DNA from: Patescibacteria group bacterium UBA6532
Lineage (GTDB): Bacteria; Patescibacteriota; Minisyncoccia; Minisyncoccales; UBA6532
Direction: 5' to 3'
Length of the DNA: 64,000 nucleotides
NCBI GenBank assembly: GCA_002434805.1
Contig: DJKW01000009.1
Location: 15,483-79,482 of the forward strand
Shown: in pieces, positions 10,496 to 20,473 of the stretch
Layout: each line of letters starts with the position of its first letter
Position numbering within the stretch: position 1 is the first letter of the stretch
Position numbers and translations under genes: made by a program
The notes under the pieces: generated by a model
Databases searched by the model: none
The model's input: the letters and a program-made list of their open reading frames with translations, nothing else
What the model was told of the DNA's origin: nothing

Positions 10496-10648
10496 ATGAA
10501 AGTGAAAGAAAAATGTCCAGGATGCGATGGTAAAATTCTAATCCCAGAAGATGTAATAATCAACTAGGTTGTAACTTGTCCGGACTGCGGAGAAAGTTAT
10601 GAAGTGGCTAAAATTAAACTGGGGAGAATAAATAGCGCAAGAGAATAA
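10496..10648 (+). pseudogene. LysW-like 4-Cys zinc-ribbon ORF interrupted by an in-frame TAG (10565-10567)
   Basis: Translation is MKVKEKCPGCDGKILIPEDVIIN*VVTCPDCGESYEVAKIKLGRINSAREE. CPxC...CPDCG..EV spacing resembles LysW/ArgW carrier proteins. Not in the ORF track (below 60 aa). Confidence 0.5.
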
Positions 10649-10786
10649 TTGCCAAGAACCTTAAAAGGAGCGTAATATTTGCACACTCGCAAACATTACA
10701 CACTCTAATAGTTTTCCAAACCGGGTTAAATATAACCGTAAGGATCAAAAGAGACTCCTTTGCTAGCTTGATAGCAATTTTTTCTT

Positions 10787-10815
10787 AAAGAGCGTTAAAA
10801 CGCTCTTTTATTTTT
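10787..10815 (+). terminator. Intrinsic terminator (plus strand), overlaps the pgk stop codon
   Basis: aaagagcg/ttaaaa/cgctcttt hairpin followed by a tatttttgg T-run. Confidence 0.55.
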
Positions 10816-11869
10816 GGAGCTCTAAAACTTCAATACCAGGCAGCTTATCGCCGCTTAAAAATTTCAACATAGCTCCCCCGCCAGTAGAAATATGGTTGAA
10901 TTTTTCCCTAAAACCGATCTTATTAATAAACTTTACTGTTTCCCCTCCCCCACCCAGAGAAAAAGACTTGCCTTTAATGATAGCTTTAGCTATTTTTAAA
11001 GAACCTTTTTGGAATTCTTTTTTTTCAATTTTACCTAAGGGACCTGACCAAAAAATAGTTTTAGCTAATACTATTTTCTCTAAAAAAAGATTAATAGTTT
11101 TAGGACCGATATCAAGAATTTTTCCGTCTTTTTTTATGCCGTCAACTGGCTTTATAATCTTTTTTGGGTATTTAAAAGAGATACTCTTTTCCTCTATTTC
11201 TTTTTGGATTACGTTACTAACCAATACCCAATCAGCTATTTCAGAAATTTTGTCAATTACCTTGGCCTTGGTTTCCACTTTTACTCCTCCAATTATTGCT
11301 ATCATCGGCTTTTTCGGATTTTTAAGCAAATCACTCAAAACTTTAATCTCTTTTTCTAATAAAAAACCGGCCCCAGAGGGCAAGTATTCAGGCACTCCAA
11401 CTATTGAAGCGTGAGTTCTGTGAGAAACAGCAAAAGCATCGTTAATGTAAATATCTCCCATTTTTGCCAATTCTTTGGCAAACTTGTCGTCATTGGTCTC
11501 TTCTTCTTTGTGAAACCTTAGGTTCTCTAAAAGTAGAATTTCTCCAGGATTCATCTCTTGACTCCATTTCTCAACTTCAGGGCCAATGCAATCTGCTGCC
11601 TTGGTAATAGAAAGGTCTAAATACTCCATTAATTTATCCTGAATAAGAGTTAATCTTAAACTTTCTACCACCCTACCCCCTGGTCTACCAAGATGGCTCA
11701 TTAAAAGAAGCTTGGCTCCTTTTTCAATTAAATACTTAATTGTAGGAATGGTTTGTTTTATCCGAAAATCATCTAAAATATTACCCCTTTCGTCTAGTGG
11801 TACATTAAAATCACACCGCACCAAAACTCTTTTATTTTGCAGATTAAAATCTTTTAGAGTCTTGAGCAT
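10808..11869 (-). CDS. pgk: Phosphoglycerate kinase (compact form)
   Basis: RVLVRCDFNVPLD, MSHLGRPGG, NLRFHKEEE, GGGET, STGGGAMLKFL. Confidence 0.92.
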   Translation of the reverse strand: MLKTLKDFNLQNKRVLVRCDFNVPLDERGNILDDFRIKQTIPTIKYLIEKGAKLLLMSHLGRPGGRVVESLRLTLIQDKLMEYLDLSITKAADCIGPEVEKWSQEMNPGEILLLENLRFHKEEETNDDKFAKELAKMGDIYINDAFAVSHRTHASIVGVPEYLPSGAGFLLEKEIKVLSDLLKNPKKPMIAIIGGVKVETKAKVIDKISEIADWVLVSNVIQKEIEEKSISFKYPKKIIKPVDGIKKDGKILDIGPKTINLFLEKIVLAKTIFWSGPLGKIEKKEFQKGSLKIAKAIIKGKSFSLGGGGETVKFINKIGFREKFNHISTGGGAMLKFLSGDKLPGIEVLELQK

Positions 11870-11885
11870 TTTTTAATATTTAATT

Positions 11886-13535
11886 TTAAAACTTAATTAT
11901 TTCCCCCGGCTTTATTGTTCCTTCTTTTTTTTTACTGCCTTTGGAATCTCCTTCCTGATTTTTGGACTTGAGCGACTCTCTTAAAACGTCTTTTAATTCA
12001 CCTAAGTTCACCTCTTTTCTCTTTGGTCTTACTTCCTTAAAAGAAGTTGGTTTTTGTTCTGTCGCCTCTTTTAAAGAAAAATGGCGTGGGGTTGTTGGCT
12101 TTGAAAAATTTTGGGCTTTTTTCCGGCAAGACTTGCAGTAAACCGGCCTTACTCCGTCTGGGGCAAAAACTACTTTTGTCCATTTTTTACAACTAGAACA
12201 CTGGGCGTCATAAAGCTGAGGAGGAGATGACGCTGGTTTTTGAGAGGTTATTAGTAAATCTGAAAGTCCTGCCCAACGAGCAATCTTTTCATCAACAATT
12301 TTACGGAGGGTGCCGTATTTTTCCCGACAAAACCGAATAATCTCTTCTTTATTTGATCTTTCCAGTTTAAGCAAGGGAGCTATGGTTCTAGCTGAAAAAG
12401 GACGACCGGCTAATCCATCAATCATCAGCTTTAAATAAATATTGTACTTTCCTATATTAACAAGGTCTTCAGCAGTAAATTGGGGGGATAACTCTCTTTC
12501 TAAAAATTCAGCGTCTTCGGCTCCTATTCGAAAACAAATTATCGTTCCCACGTTTCCGAAAACAGCATCCCGCACCGTTTCGTCCATTTGAGCAATATAT
12601 TGGTGGCCCAAAATTAAAGCTAACCTATACTTTCTAGCTTCAGATAAAATATTAACAAAAGATTCGGTGGCAAAGTTTTGAAATTCATCAACGTATAAAT
12701 AAAAATCCTTTCTCTTTTCTTCTGGTATATCCACCCTCGACATGGCAGCTAACTGCAACTTGGTTATGATTAAAGCCCCTAAAAGTCTTGAATTATCCTC
12801 CCCTACTCTTCCTTTAGATAAATTTATAATCAGAATCTTTTGCTTATCCATGATTTCCCTCATATTGATTGAAGATTTTTCCTGACCGATAATATTTCGA
12901 ATCAAAGGGACGGAAATAAATTGACCGATTTTATTTTGAATGGCGGCTGTAGCTTCTACTTCATATCTTTGCGTATAGCGGGCAAATTCCTGGACCCAAA
13001 AACTCTTCACAACGGGATCTGTAACTTTATCTACCACTTTTTTCCGATAGTCGATATCAGCCAACATTCGATTAACCCCCAAAAGAGTGGATCCAGGATA
13101 CTCAAGAAGGGCTAAAATACAATTATTTAAAATATATTCCATACGGGCAGACCAAACATCCGGCCATATCTTTTTAAAAACTCCCATTAATCCTCCGGCC
13201 ACCAAATGCCTGTATTCTGGATTAATCTCTTCCATAATATTAAAAGCAATGGGATATCCTAAATCAGCCGGATTAAAATAAACTACATCCTTAATTCGTT
13301 CTTTAGGAATGAAGTCAAGAAGCTCTTCTGAAGCCTCTCCATGAGGATCAACAAAACCAATGCCCTTTCCTTGCTGAATATCTTGGATTGCCATGTTTTT
13401 AAGCATTACTGTCTTTCCCATGCCGGTTTTTCCCACAACATAAATATGCCGACGCCTATCGTCGGTCTTTATGCCAAATTTTTTATTAGCATTCCGAAAA
13501 GTGGTCTCGCCAAAAAAATTTATATTTTCATTCAT
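11886..13535 (-). CDS. TraD/VirD4 (type IV coupling protein)-like P-loop ATPase with C-terminal CxxC-x17-CxxC zinc ribbon
   Basis: Walker A VVGKTGMGKT; Walker B region FYLYVDEFQNF; SEARKYRLALILGHQYIAQM typical of TrwB/TraD-type ATPases. C-terminal CSSC-17 residues-CKSC followed by a K-rich tail. Confidence 0.75.
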   Translation of the reverse strand: MNENINFFGETTFRNANKKFGIKTDDRRRHIYVVGKTGMGKTVMLKNMAIQDIQQGKGIGFVDPHGEASEELLDFIPKERIKDVVYFNPADLGYPIAFNIMEEINPEYRHLVAGGLMGVFKKIWPDVWSARMEYILNNCILALLEYPGSTLLGVNRMLADIDYRKKVVDKVTDPVVKSFWVQEFARYTQRYEVEATAAIQNKIGQFISVPLIRNIIGQEKSSINMREIMDKQKILIINLSKGRVGEDNSRLLGALIITKLQLAAMSRVDIPEEKRKDFYLYVDEFQNFATESFVNILSEARKYRLALILGHQYIAQMDETVRDAVFGNVGTIICFRIGAEDAEFLERELSPQFTAEDLVNIGKYNIYLKLMIDGLAGRPFSARTIAPLLKLERSNKEEIIRFCREKYGTLRKIVDEKIARWAGLSDLLITSQKPASSPPQLYDAQCSSCKKWTKVVFAPDGVRPVYCKSCRKKAQNFSKPTTPRHFSLKEATEQKPTSFKEVRPKRKEVNLGELKDVLRESLKSKNQEGDSKGSKKKEGTIKPGEIIKF

Positions 13536-13537
13536 AA

Positions 13538-14854
13538 TTATTCTACAGGTAAACCAGGAGGAGAACCTCCTTTTTTAGATTTAACTCGAGAAATAAATGG
13601 AGCTGAAGCAACATCTCGACCCGGGAAATGAAATATTGTAGCTAACTCCTCTATGTTTAAGGTAAATGTTCCGCCAGGGCGAGGAAATAAAGGAGGAACT
13701 CTGCTTATATAGCGTTTAAATAACTTCCTTTTCCTTAAATATAATCTTCTGGGTATAATAAGATTTAAAGGTAAAAACCAGTGTTTTTTAATTTTTGTTA
13801 TGGTATTTGACCAGGGCCTTAAAGCATTGAGGTCAGCTGTAGCGAATTGCTGGAAAAAACCAAAAGGAATAGTTTTAACTGCTCCCTGGTAAACTTCTTT
13901 TTTTGCTAAATAAACAAACCTGATACTGCAATTAAACATCAGCCTGCTAATTTTTTGTTCTACCCCAGCGACAATATCCCTTTCTCCCGGAGTAAGCCTC
14001 ATTTCAGGCGGCATAATATCCATTGGTTTTTTCTCTTCGGTTTCTTCGGCTGTTTTCCCGCTAATTAATACTTCGGCGATCTGTTGAATTATTGATTTTC
14101 CTTTTGATTCATCCGGCCTCTTAGCTAATTTATCGGCTACTGCTCTTCCTTTAGCAGTATAAGGCAGTCCTTCTTGCGGATTTTTACTGTCTGTAATTGG
14201 TCCTGCCATGATTTGAACCCAAAGCTGTTCTCCAGGACCAAGTTTCCCCATTCCCTCTAAAAGAGTAGAAAGAGGGTCTATTCTTTTTTCTTCTTTGGGT
14301 GCGTCTGGTTTTTCTTCAAAAAACTTTGAATAGACTTTGATCGGATAAACATCATTTTTGGATAATTGATAATCTGTGGCCCACATGCTCCAGTTTTTAT
14401 TCGGTATGTCTTGGGGCACATACTTTGTATAATCATCAACTTCTGAAATTTCAGCATCAGGATATTGGGCAAAAATAGAGGATTCAATTGCAGATCGGCT
14501 TCTTTCAGGGAATCTTAAAAAAAAGTGGGGTTTACCATCAATACTCACTATCTCAAAGGATATGCTAAGAAGAGTTTTTCCGTCAATCCAATGCTCCCAC
14601 CAGTCTGCTGGATCGTAAACATTGCCCCAAAAGGCGGAAAAAACCTGCTCCATTGCCTTAACAGGCTTTAAAATTTCTTTTGGTATTGTAATTTCCAGCA
14701 CTACAAATTTTTGCTTGGAAATCCATAATTCAAATCTCCACCATCTCCACAAAAAGAAAAAAGGCCTATATAAAAGGAAAGGAAGTGCTATCCACCACCA
14801 ATTACTTAAAATGACCAAAACATTATTTGAATTTAAAAGCAGTTCTTGTGGCAT
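13538..14854 (-). CDS. Membrane protein partner of the T4CP-like ATPase (unknown family)
   Basis: 438-aa ORF ending 2 nt before the ATPase start. W/F-rich N-terminal TM pair (WWWIALPFLLYRPFFFLWRWW) followed by a large soluble domain. Confidence 0.6.
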   Translation of the reverse strand: MPQELLLNSNNVLVILSNWWWIALPFLLYRPFFFLWRWWRFELWISKQKFVVLEITIPKEILKPVKAMEQVFSAFWGNVYDPADWWEHWIDGKTLLSISFEIVSIDGKPHFFLRFPERSRSAIESSIFAQYPDAEISEVDDYTKYVPQDIPNKNWSMWATDYQLSKNDVYPIKVYSKFFEEKPDAPKEEKRIDPLSTLLEGMGKLGPGEQLWVQIMAGPITDSKNPQEGLPYTAKGRAVADKLAKRPDESKGKSIIQQIAEVLISGKTAEETEEKKPMDIMPPEMRLTPGERDIVAGVEQKISRLMFNCSIRFVYLAKKEVYQGAVKTIPFGFFQQFATADLNALRPWSNTITKIKKHWFLPLNLIIPRRLYLRKRKLFKRYISRVPPLFPRPGGTFTLNIEELATIFHFPGRDVASAPFISRVKSKKGGSPPGLPVE

Positions 14855-14892
14855 TTCGGGATTCTAAAAGCTCAAAACCTTTAAGATATAGT

Positions 14893-15864
14893 TTAAGCTT
14901 CTTTTATCGTATATCTGTCTTTAGAATCTTTTAAAAAGTAGTTTTTATCTTGTAAATTTAACAAAATTGTATTTCTCTTTACTTGGCGCTGCAAAAGAAC
15001 CTTGCCAATAATCTCTTTTTTTGACAAAGGTTTTGCTGATTCTTTCAAGGTTTTAGAAATAACTTCTTTTACGATACCGGGCGTATATCCCCATTCTTTC
15101 AAAGCATAGAGGCCGCGGCCGACTAAAACAAATCTCGAATCTTTAATTAGCTCATTGTGAATGGTTTGGGCCTGGCTGCCGCTCTTTTCTCTTTCAGAGA
15201 AGTTTAAATCTTTTATTAATTCAGCAACCTTAGTGAAATGAAGAGGTTTTTTCTCTTTTGTAAAAACCAAATAAGCTTTGTCTTTAACAAACCTTAAGTT
15301 AATTTCCGGCCATTCTTTTAAACCGTAAAAACCCTGAGGTCCTTTCATTATGTCTTTTGAGATCTCAATATAAGAAATGTTATTTGAAGGAGACTTAGGT
15401 TTTCTTGTCTGTTTGAGTTCTTTAATAAAAGAAGAAATTAAAACCTTGGCTTTCTTCATAGAATCTTTATCAATTATCCAAAAAGGATAAAAATCTTTAG
15501 TTTCAGGATATCTTTTAAATTGTCTGCTAAGCGCCAAGATTAAAAATACTTCATTTTGAAGTTTTTGGCCGCCAAATTCAGCCAGCAATAAATCTTCTTT
15601 TTTTAAACCGCCCTGCTTTTTTAAATAACGAGAAAATTCTTGAAAAACACCTCCTAATTTATTTTTAGAAATATCTTCTATTTTATTAAGACCGACTTCT
15701 TCAATCTGACGCGCTCTTTCCCTGGTAATTCCATAATCTTTACCAATGGATTCCAAGGTTCTCTTATCTGAACCGGCCAAACCGAAACGTTTCTCTAAAA
15801 CATCTTTTGTTCTAGAGTCTAAATCCTTAAATAGGTTGCGGCAAATTGTTTGATAATTTCTCAT
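14893..15864 (-). CDS. DNA-binding protein: sigma-70 region-4-like HTH plus HARE-HTH-like winged helix domain(s)
   Basis: N-terminus DVLEKRFGL...RTLESIGKDYGITRERARQIEEVGLNKI (sigma r4). C-half LHFTKVAELIKDL...TIHNELIKDSRFVLVGRGLYALKEWGY (HARE-HTH as in RpoE delta). Confidence 0.6.
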   Translation of the reverse strand: MRNYQTICRNLFKDLDSRTKDVLEKRFGLAGSDKRTLESIGKDYGITRERARQIEEVGLNKIEDISKNKLGGVFQEFSRYLKKQGGLKKEDLLLAEFGGQKLQNEVFLILALSRQFKRYPETKDFYPFWIIDKDSMKKAKVLISSFIKELKQTRKPKSPSNNISYIEISKDIMKGPQGFYGLKEWPEINLRFVKDKAYLVFTKEKKPLHFTKVAELIKDLNFSEREKSGSQAQTIHNELIKDSRFVLVGRGLYALKEWGYTPGIVKEVISKTLKESAKPLSKKEIIGKVLLQRQVKRNTILLNLQDKNYFLKDSKDRYTIKEA

Positions 15865-15925
15865 ATATAATTATTCTTTTATTCTATTAAAGAATAGCAC
15901 ATTCAAGGAAATTAGTCAACCCATA

Positions 15926-16819
15926 TTAAATGCTTTTTTGATGCCAACTTACTAAAAGAGGACTAGCTATAAAAATTGAAGAATAAGCTCCGGCTGAAAT
16001 GCCGATAATCATGATTAAGGAAAAATCTTTAAGAGTATAGCCGCCGAAAAAGAAAATAGCGAAAACTACTAATAAGGTAGTGAAAGAAGTGTTAATTGAC
16101 CGGCTTAAAGTCTGATTGAGAGATTTGTTTACTGTATCTTCAAAAGAAACCCCGACCCTCTTTAATAAATTTTCTCTAATCCTGTCAAAGACTATTACGG
16201 TGTCGTTTACCGAATATCCGAGGATAGCTAAAAGAGCGGCAATAAGAGGAATCGTAACCTGAAAGTCGTAATATCTTCCAAGGATTGACAATACTCCTAA
16301 GGGTATCAAAACATCGTGAAAAAGAGCAATTAAAGTAACGATTCCATACCTAAAAGAACTTACTGGTCTTTGAACTTTTCGAAAAGCAAAGGCAATATAC
16401 AAAACGATTGAGATAAGAGCTACAACAATAACTACTTTTATTTTATCTTTTAACTCTTGGCCTACTACCGGACCAATTGACTCAAATCTTTTTTCTTCTA
16501 TTGCAATTTCTCCGTCTTTACTTAATTTCTGAATAACTTCTTGATGGGTTTTCTCGTCTATATCTCTCATTCTAAGAATGACTCCTTTTTCATCGGTGGG
16601 CTGAGTGGAAAGAGAACCCAAATCAAGATCAGAAAGAGACTGGTTGATATCCTGGTTACTGGGTCTGGCTTCTATGTATTCTAGTTCTAAAAGGCTTCCT
16701 CCGGTAAACTCAATTCCAAAATTTAAACCAAAAACTATCAAAGAAAGAATACTTCCTCCGATTAAAATTCCAGAAAAGATATAGTAAATTTTACGGTATC
16801 TGAGAAAATTAACGTACAT
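15926..16819 (-). CDS. secF: Protein translocase subunit SecF
   Basis: GIEFTGGS, six TM helices, [11 protein letters not shown] motif. Confidence 0.9.
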   Translation of the reverse strand: MYVNFLRYRKIYYIFSGILIGGSILSLIVFGLNFGIEFTGGSLLELEYIEARPSNQDINQSLSDLDLGSLSTQPTDEKGVILRMRDIDEKTHQEVIQKLSKDGEIAIEEKRFESIGPVVGQELKDKIKVVIVVALISIVLYIAFAFRKVQRPVSSFRYGIVTLIALFHDVLIPLGVLSILGRYYDFQVTIPLIAALLAILGYSVNDTVIVFDRIRENLLKRVGVSFEDTVNKSLNQTLSRSINTSFTTLLVVFAIFFFGGYTLKDFSLIMIIGISAGAYSSIFIASPLLVSWHQKSI

Positions 16820-17966
16820 GCTTTAATATTTCTTCTACCTTATCGATTTTCTCCCAGGTGAAATCAGGATCGTTTCTGCCAAAATGGCCGTAAGCTGCAG
16901 TCTTCATATATATTGGGCGCTTTAAATTTAAGTGTTCTATAATTTCTTTTGGCTTAAAATCAAATACTTTTTTAATAATTTCTGAGATTTCCTCGTCTGG
17001 AATCTTTCCTGTGCCTTTTGTATCAATAAGAATTGATACGGGCTGGGCAACCCCAATTGCATAAGCTACCTGTATTTCACATTTATCTGCAAGTTTAGCC
17101 GCCACTATATTCTTGGCGACATATCTTACCATGTAGGCCCCTGATCTATCGACTTTGGTAACGCATTTCCCTGAAAAAGCCCCTCCGCCGTGAGCTCCGT
17201 GCCCGCCATAAGTGTCAACAATGATTTTTCTGCCGGTTAAACCAGCATCAGCTGGCGGTCCGCCGAGGATAAATTTCCCTGTTGCATTAATAAAATATTT
17301 CGTATTCTCATCAGCGAAGTTTCCGACCACCGGCTTTATAACATGTTCTTTTATCTCTTCCCGAAGTTGTTCAAGACTGACGTCAATTGAATGATGAACG
17401 GCAATAACAATAGCTTCTACTCTTTTTGCTTTTCCATTTTCATATTCTATAGTAACCTGTGATTTTCCATCAGGCCTTAAATACGGCAAAGTTTTGTTCT
17501 TTCTTACTTCAGCAAGCTTCATTGTTAATTTATGAGCAAGAACTAACGGTAAAGGCATGAGTTCAGGAGTTTCATTTGTGGCATAGCCAAACATTAAGCC
17601 CTGATCACCGGCTCCTTGTTCTTTAAACGCTCCTTCCCCTTCATCAACGCCTTGAGCAATATCTGGAGACTGTTCGTGCAAAGTAACAACAACACCAACG
17701 TCCTCTGCGCAAAAACCATATTCCTGCTTGTCATATCCTATTTTTCTAAGGATATTTCTTACTGTTTTTTGTATATCAACGTATGCTTTTGTTCTTGCTT
17801 CCCCGCCGACTAAAACCAAACCGGTAGTGCAAAAGCATTCTATTCCAGCATGTGTATCAGGATCCTGTTTTAACATTTCGTCATAAATTCCGTCTGAAAT
17901 TTGATCAGCCACTTTGTCTGGATGCCCTTCGGTTACTGATTCTGATGTAAAAAAATATTTTTTCAT
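16809..17966 (-). CDS. metK: S-adenosylmethionine synthetase
   Basis: [56 protein letters not shown]. Confidence 0.97.
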   Translation of the reverse strand: MKKYFFTSESVTEGHPDKVADQISDGIYDEMLKQDPDTHAGIECFCTTGLVLVGGEARTKAYVDIQKTVRNILRKIGYDKQEYGFCAEDVGVVVTLHEQSPDIAQGVDEGEGAFKEQGAGDQGLMFGYATNETPELMPLPLVLAHKLTMKLAEVRKNKTLPYLRPDGKSQVTIEYENGKAKRVEAIVIAVHHSIDVSLEQLREEIKEHVIKPVVGNFADENTKYFINATGKFILGGPPADAGLTGRKIIVDTYGGHGAHGGGAFSGKCVTKVDRSGAYMVRYVAKNIVAAKLADKCEIQVAYAIGVAQPVSILIDTKGTGKIPDEEISEIIKKVFDFKPKEIIEHLNLKRPIYMKTAAYGHFGRNDPDFTWEKIDKVEEILKHVR

Positions 17967-17985
17967 AAGTTTTTTGTTATTAATT

Positions 17986-19380
17986 TTATTTCCAAAGCCA
18001 AGTTATTTTTTCTAATTTTGTGCCCTCAAAATATCTTAAAAAGTTTTGGGTAATAAAGATTGCAGAAAACATACTAATTATGATACCAATACTCAAAGTT
18101 AAAGCAAAGCCTTTAATAAAACTGGTCCCAAAGCTGAATAAAATCAAAGCAACTATCAAAGTGGTTAAATTACCGTCTCGAATGGAAGGCCAGGCTCTTT
18201 TAAACCCTTCTTCCAGAGCCATTGAAAAGCTCTTTTCTTCTTTTAATTCTTCTCTGAGCCTGGCAAAAATCAAAATATTAGCATCAATAGCCATGCCAAT
18301 GGATAAAATGAAACCTCCTATTCCAGCTAAGGTTAGAGTAACAGGAATAATCTTAAATAAATTTAAAATTAAAGCAACGTATATTCCAAGAGAAAGAGCG
18401 GCTAAAATACCGGGTAATCTGTAAAAGAATACCATAAATAAAATTACGGCCAAAAGACCTATCATTCCTGCTTTTAAAGATTTTTCCAAAGAAACAGCTC
18501 CCAATGTTGGACCAACCTGCTGCTGGGAAATTAATTCTATGGGTACTGGCAATGCTCCGGCATTAAGATCTCTAACTAATTTTTTAGATTCTTCAATAGT
18601 AAAATTTCCAGTAATTTGGGCTCTTCCACCGGAAATTTCTTCATGAACCGTTGGAGCTGAAATAATAACTTGGTCGATATAAATTGCTAAGGGTTTACCA
18701 ATATTTCTAGAAGTTAAGTTTTTAAAGATTTCAGAACCCTCGTCATTAAATTGAAGCGAAATCTGTGGTTGGTAAGTAGTTTGATCAAAAGCCAATTCTG
18801 CTTTATCCAAATACCTGCCGCTAAGCTGGGTTGACATAAAATAGGGATCCTCAAAAGCTAATTGCCAGCCCTCCACTTCCTGAATCTCCTCAAATGTCTT
18901 CCCTTCCAATTCCTTTTGTTTCTCTAATATTTTTTCCGTTTCTTCTTCTGGCCTTTGTTCTTTAAACTCCAAAAACGGTGTTTGGCCAATCATCTCAATA
19001 GCCTGACTAAGATTTTCAACTCCAGCCAGTTCAACGATTAAACGGTGATGTCCTGATTGTTCCTGAACCTGAATTATGGGCTCTTGGACGCCAAAAAGAT
19101 TAACTCTTCTCTCAATAACGTCTCTTAATCCCTCCATAGCTGAACCATATTCATCTTTCTCAATTTGAGAAAGATCAGCTTCATATAAGAGATGGGCGCC
19201 TCCCTGGAGATCTAATCCTAATCTAAAAGGAATATCCCAAAAATGGGGAAAACTAAAACCAACCTTAGTATTTAAAAAATCAATTCCTCGATTAAAATAT
19301 TTAGGGTAGCTTAAATTGAAAGTAAAAAAGGCAAGAACGAAAATTAAAATTATTGTGGTATAAAGCTTCTTTTTAGGCAT
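17986..19380 (-). CDS. secD: Protein translocase subunit SecD
   Basis: LGLDLQGG, periplasmic P1 domain, C-terminal 6-TM SecD/F module ([13 protein letters not shown]). Confidence 0.9.
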   Translation of the reverse strand: MPKKKLYTTIILIFVLAFFTFNLSYPKYFNRGIDFLNTKVGFSFPHFWDIPFRLGLDLQGGAHLLYEADLSQIEKDEYGSAMEGLRDVIERRVNLFGVQEPIIQVQEQSGHHRLIVELAGVENLSQAIEMIGQTPFLEFKEQRPEEETEKILEKQKELEGKTFEEIQEVEGWQLAFEDPYFMSTQLSGRYLDKAELAFDQTTYQPQISLQFNDEGSEIFKNLTSRNIGKPLAIYIDQVIISAPTVHEEISGGRAQITGNFTIEESKKLVRDLNAGALPVPIELISQQQVGPTLGAVSLEKSLKAGMIGLLAVILFMVFFYRLPGILAALSLGIYVALILNLFKIIPVTLTLAGIGGFILSIGMAIDANILIFARLREELKEEKSFSMALEEGFKRAWPSIRDGNLTTLIVALILFSFGTSFIKGFALTLSIGIIISMFSAIFITQNFLRYFEGTKLEKITWLWK

Positions 19381-19402
19381 TAATCTATCTTAACTTAAAA
19401 CT

Positions 19403-20056
19403 TTATAAAATTCCAGCTAAAATGGCAGAAACTATTCCAACTAAAAATATTCCATCAAAAACTCCAGCTCCGCCAATAGAAAGAAAGCTCGGGCTTAATC
19501 TTTGAACTTTTCTTAAATTTAAAATATCAGCTCCAATTAAAATTCCAAAAACTCCAGAAATAAAGGCAGTAGGGGCGACAAATTGAGGGCTTAAAATCAA
19601 AGCGAAGAAAACCGAAAAAACAGGAGGAATAAGTAAAGGAATGCTGATTCCGCGGCCTGGAACAACCCTGGAATAAAAATTACAAACTACAATCATGAGA
19701 ATGGCAGCTATTAGTACTGGCTCTAAAGGAACTTTACTCAAGAAATAAATTGAAAGTAAAAAAGGAATAACTCCTCCTCCTAAATTTATGAAAATCCCCT
19801 CCCCGCTTATTTTAGTTTCCTTAAAGAAACCAAAAAAGTTGGACTTCTCAGAATAAACTAATCTCCTTTTAGTAAGAGGAATATTAACGAGAGATCCGAC
19901 TAACATCAGGAATAAAATCAAAATAGTGATTTCTGGAGAAATACCAAGGGTTTCAAAACCAAAAGTAATTAACTGCAAAATAGCCAATACAAAGAAAATT
20001 GGCAAAAAAAGAATGAAAAGAGCCAATATTAAACAACCAGCAGGAAGAAAGAACAT
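19403..20056 (-). CDS. Polytopic membrane protein, DUF1614-like
   Basis: 217 aa, 5-6 TM helices. N-terminal pattern resembles DUF1614 proteins as recalled. Family call is tentative. Confidence 0.45.
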   Translation of the reverse strand: MFFLPAGCLILALFILFLPIFFVLAILQLITFGFETLGISPEITILILFLMLVGSLVNIPLTKRRLVYSEKSNFFGFFKETKISGEGIFINLGGGVIPFLLSIYFLSKVPLEPVLIAAILMIVVCNFYSRVVPGRGISIPLLIPPVFSVFFALILSPQFVAPTAFISGVFGILIGADILNLRKVQRLSPSFLSIGGAGVFDGIFLVGIVSAILAGIL

Positions 20057-20060
20057 GCTC

Positions 20061-20438
20061 TTAAATCAATATTGAATACAAAATCCACAAAGCTAGAACT
20101 AACCAGATAATTACTGATAACCAGGCTTTACCTATACCCATTTCAATCACTTCTTCTTTTAATTTCAAAACAGTCTTTAAATAAGGCAAAAAACCAATAC
20201 CCATAAACAAGATGGCAAAGAGCATTACTGCTCCAAACTCAACAATCGAGATAGCAGACAAAAGATAATAACCGACAATAACAAGTAAAATCGCATAAAC
20301 AACCGTTGCCACTAGAGTGTTTTTGTATATTGGATTAACAACAAACTTCATCCATATTTTCGGGTCAATAATAACTACTATCAACTTTGTCAGGGTTAAT
20401 AGTGCAAATATAATGGCTAATGTTTCTATAGATGTCAT
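20061..20438 (-). CDS. Small 4-TM membrane protein, unknown function
   Basis: 125-aa hydrophobic ORF packed between secA and the DUF1614-like gene. Confidence 0.5.
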   Translation of the reverse strand: MTSIETLAIIFALLTLTKLIVVIIDPKIWMKFVVNPIYKNTLVATVVYAILLVIVGYYLLSAISIVEFGAVMLFAILFMGIGFLPYLKTVLKLKEEVIEMGIGKAWLSVIIWLVLALWILYSILI

Positions 20439-20473
20439 AATTTATTCTTTTATTTTATTAAACTTCGACCTTT

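Noticed and set aside
10565-10567. Genetic-code reassignment (TAG or TGA sense) as the explanation for the in-frame stop.
   Set aside because: TAG ends speB and miaA exactly at the conserved C-termini. TGA ends dhs, efp and ftsI. The standard code 11 fits all other genes.
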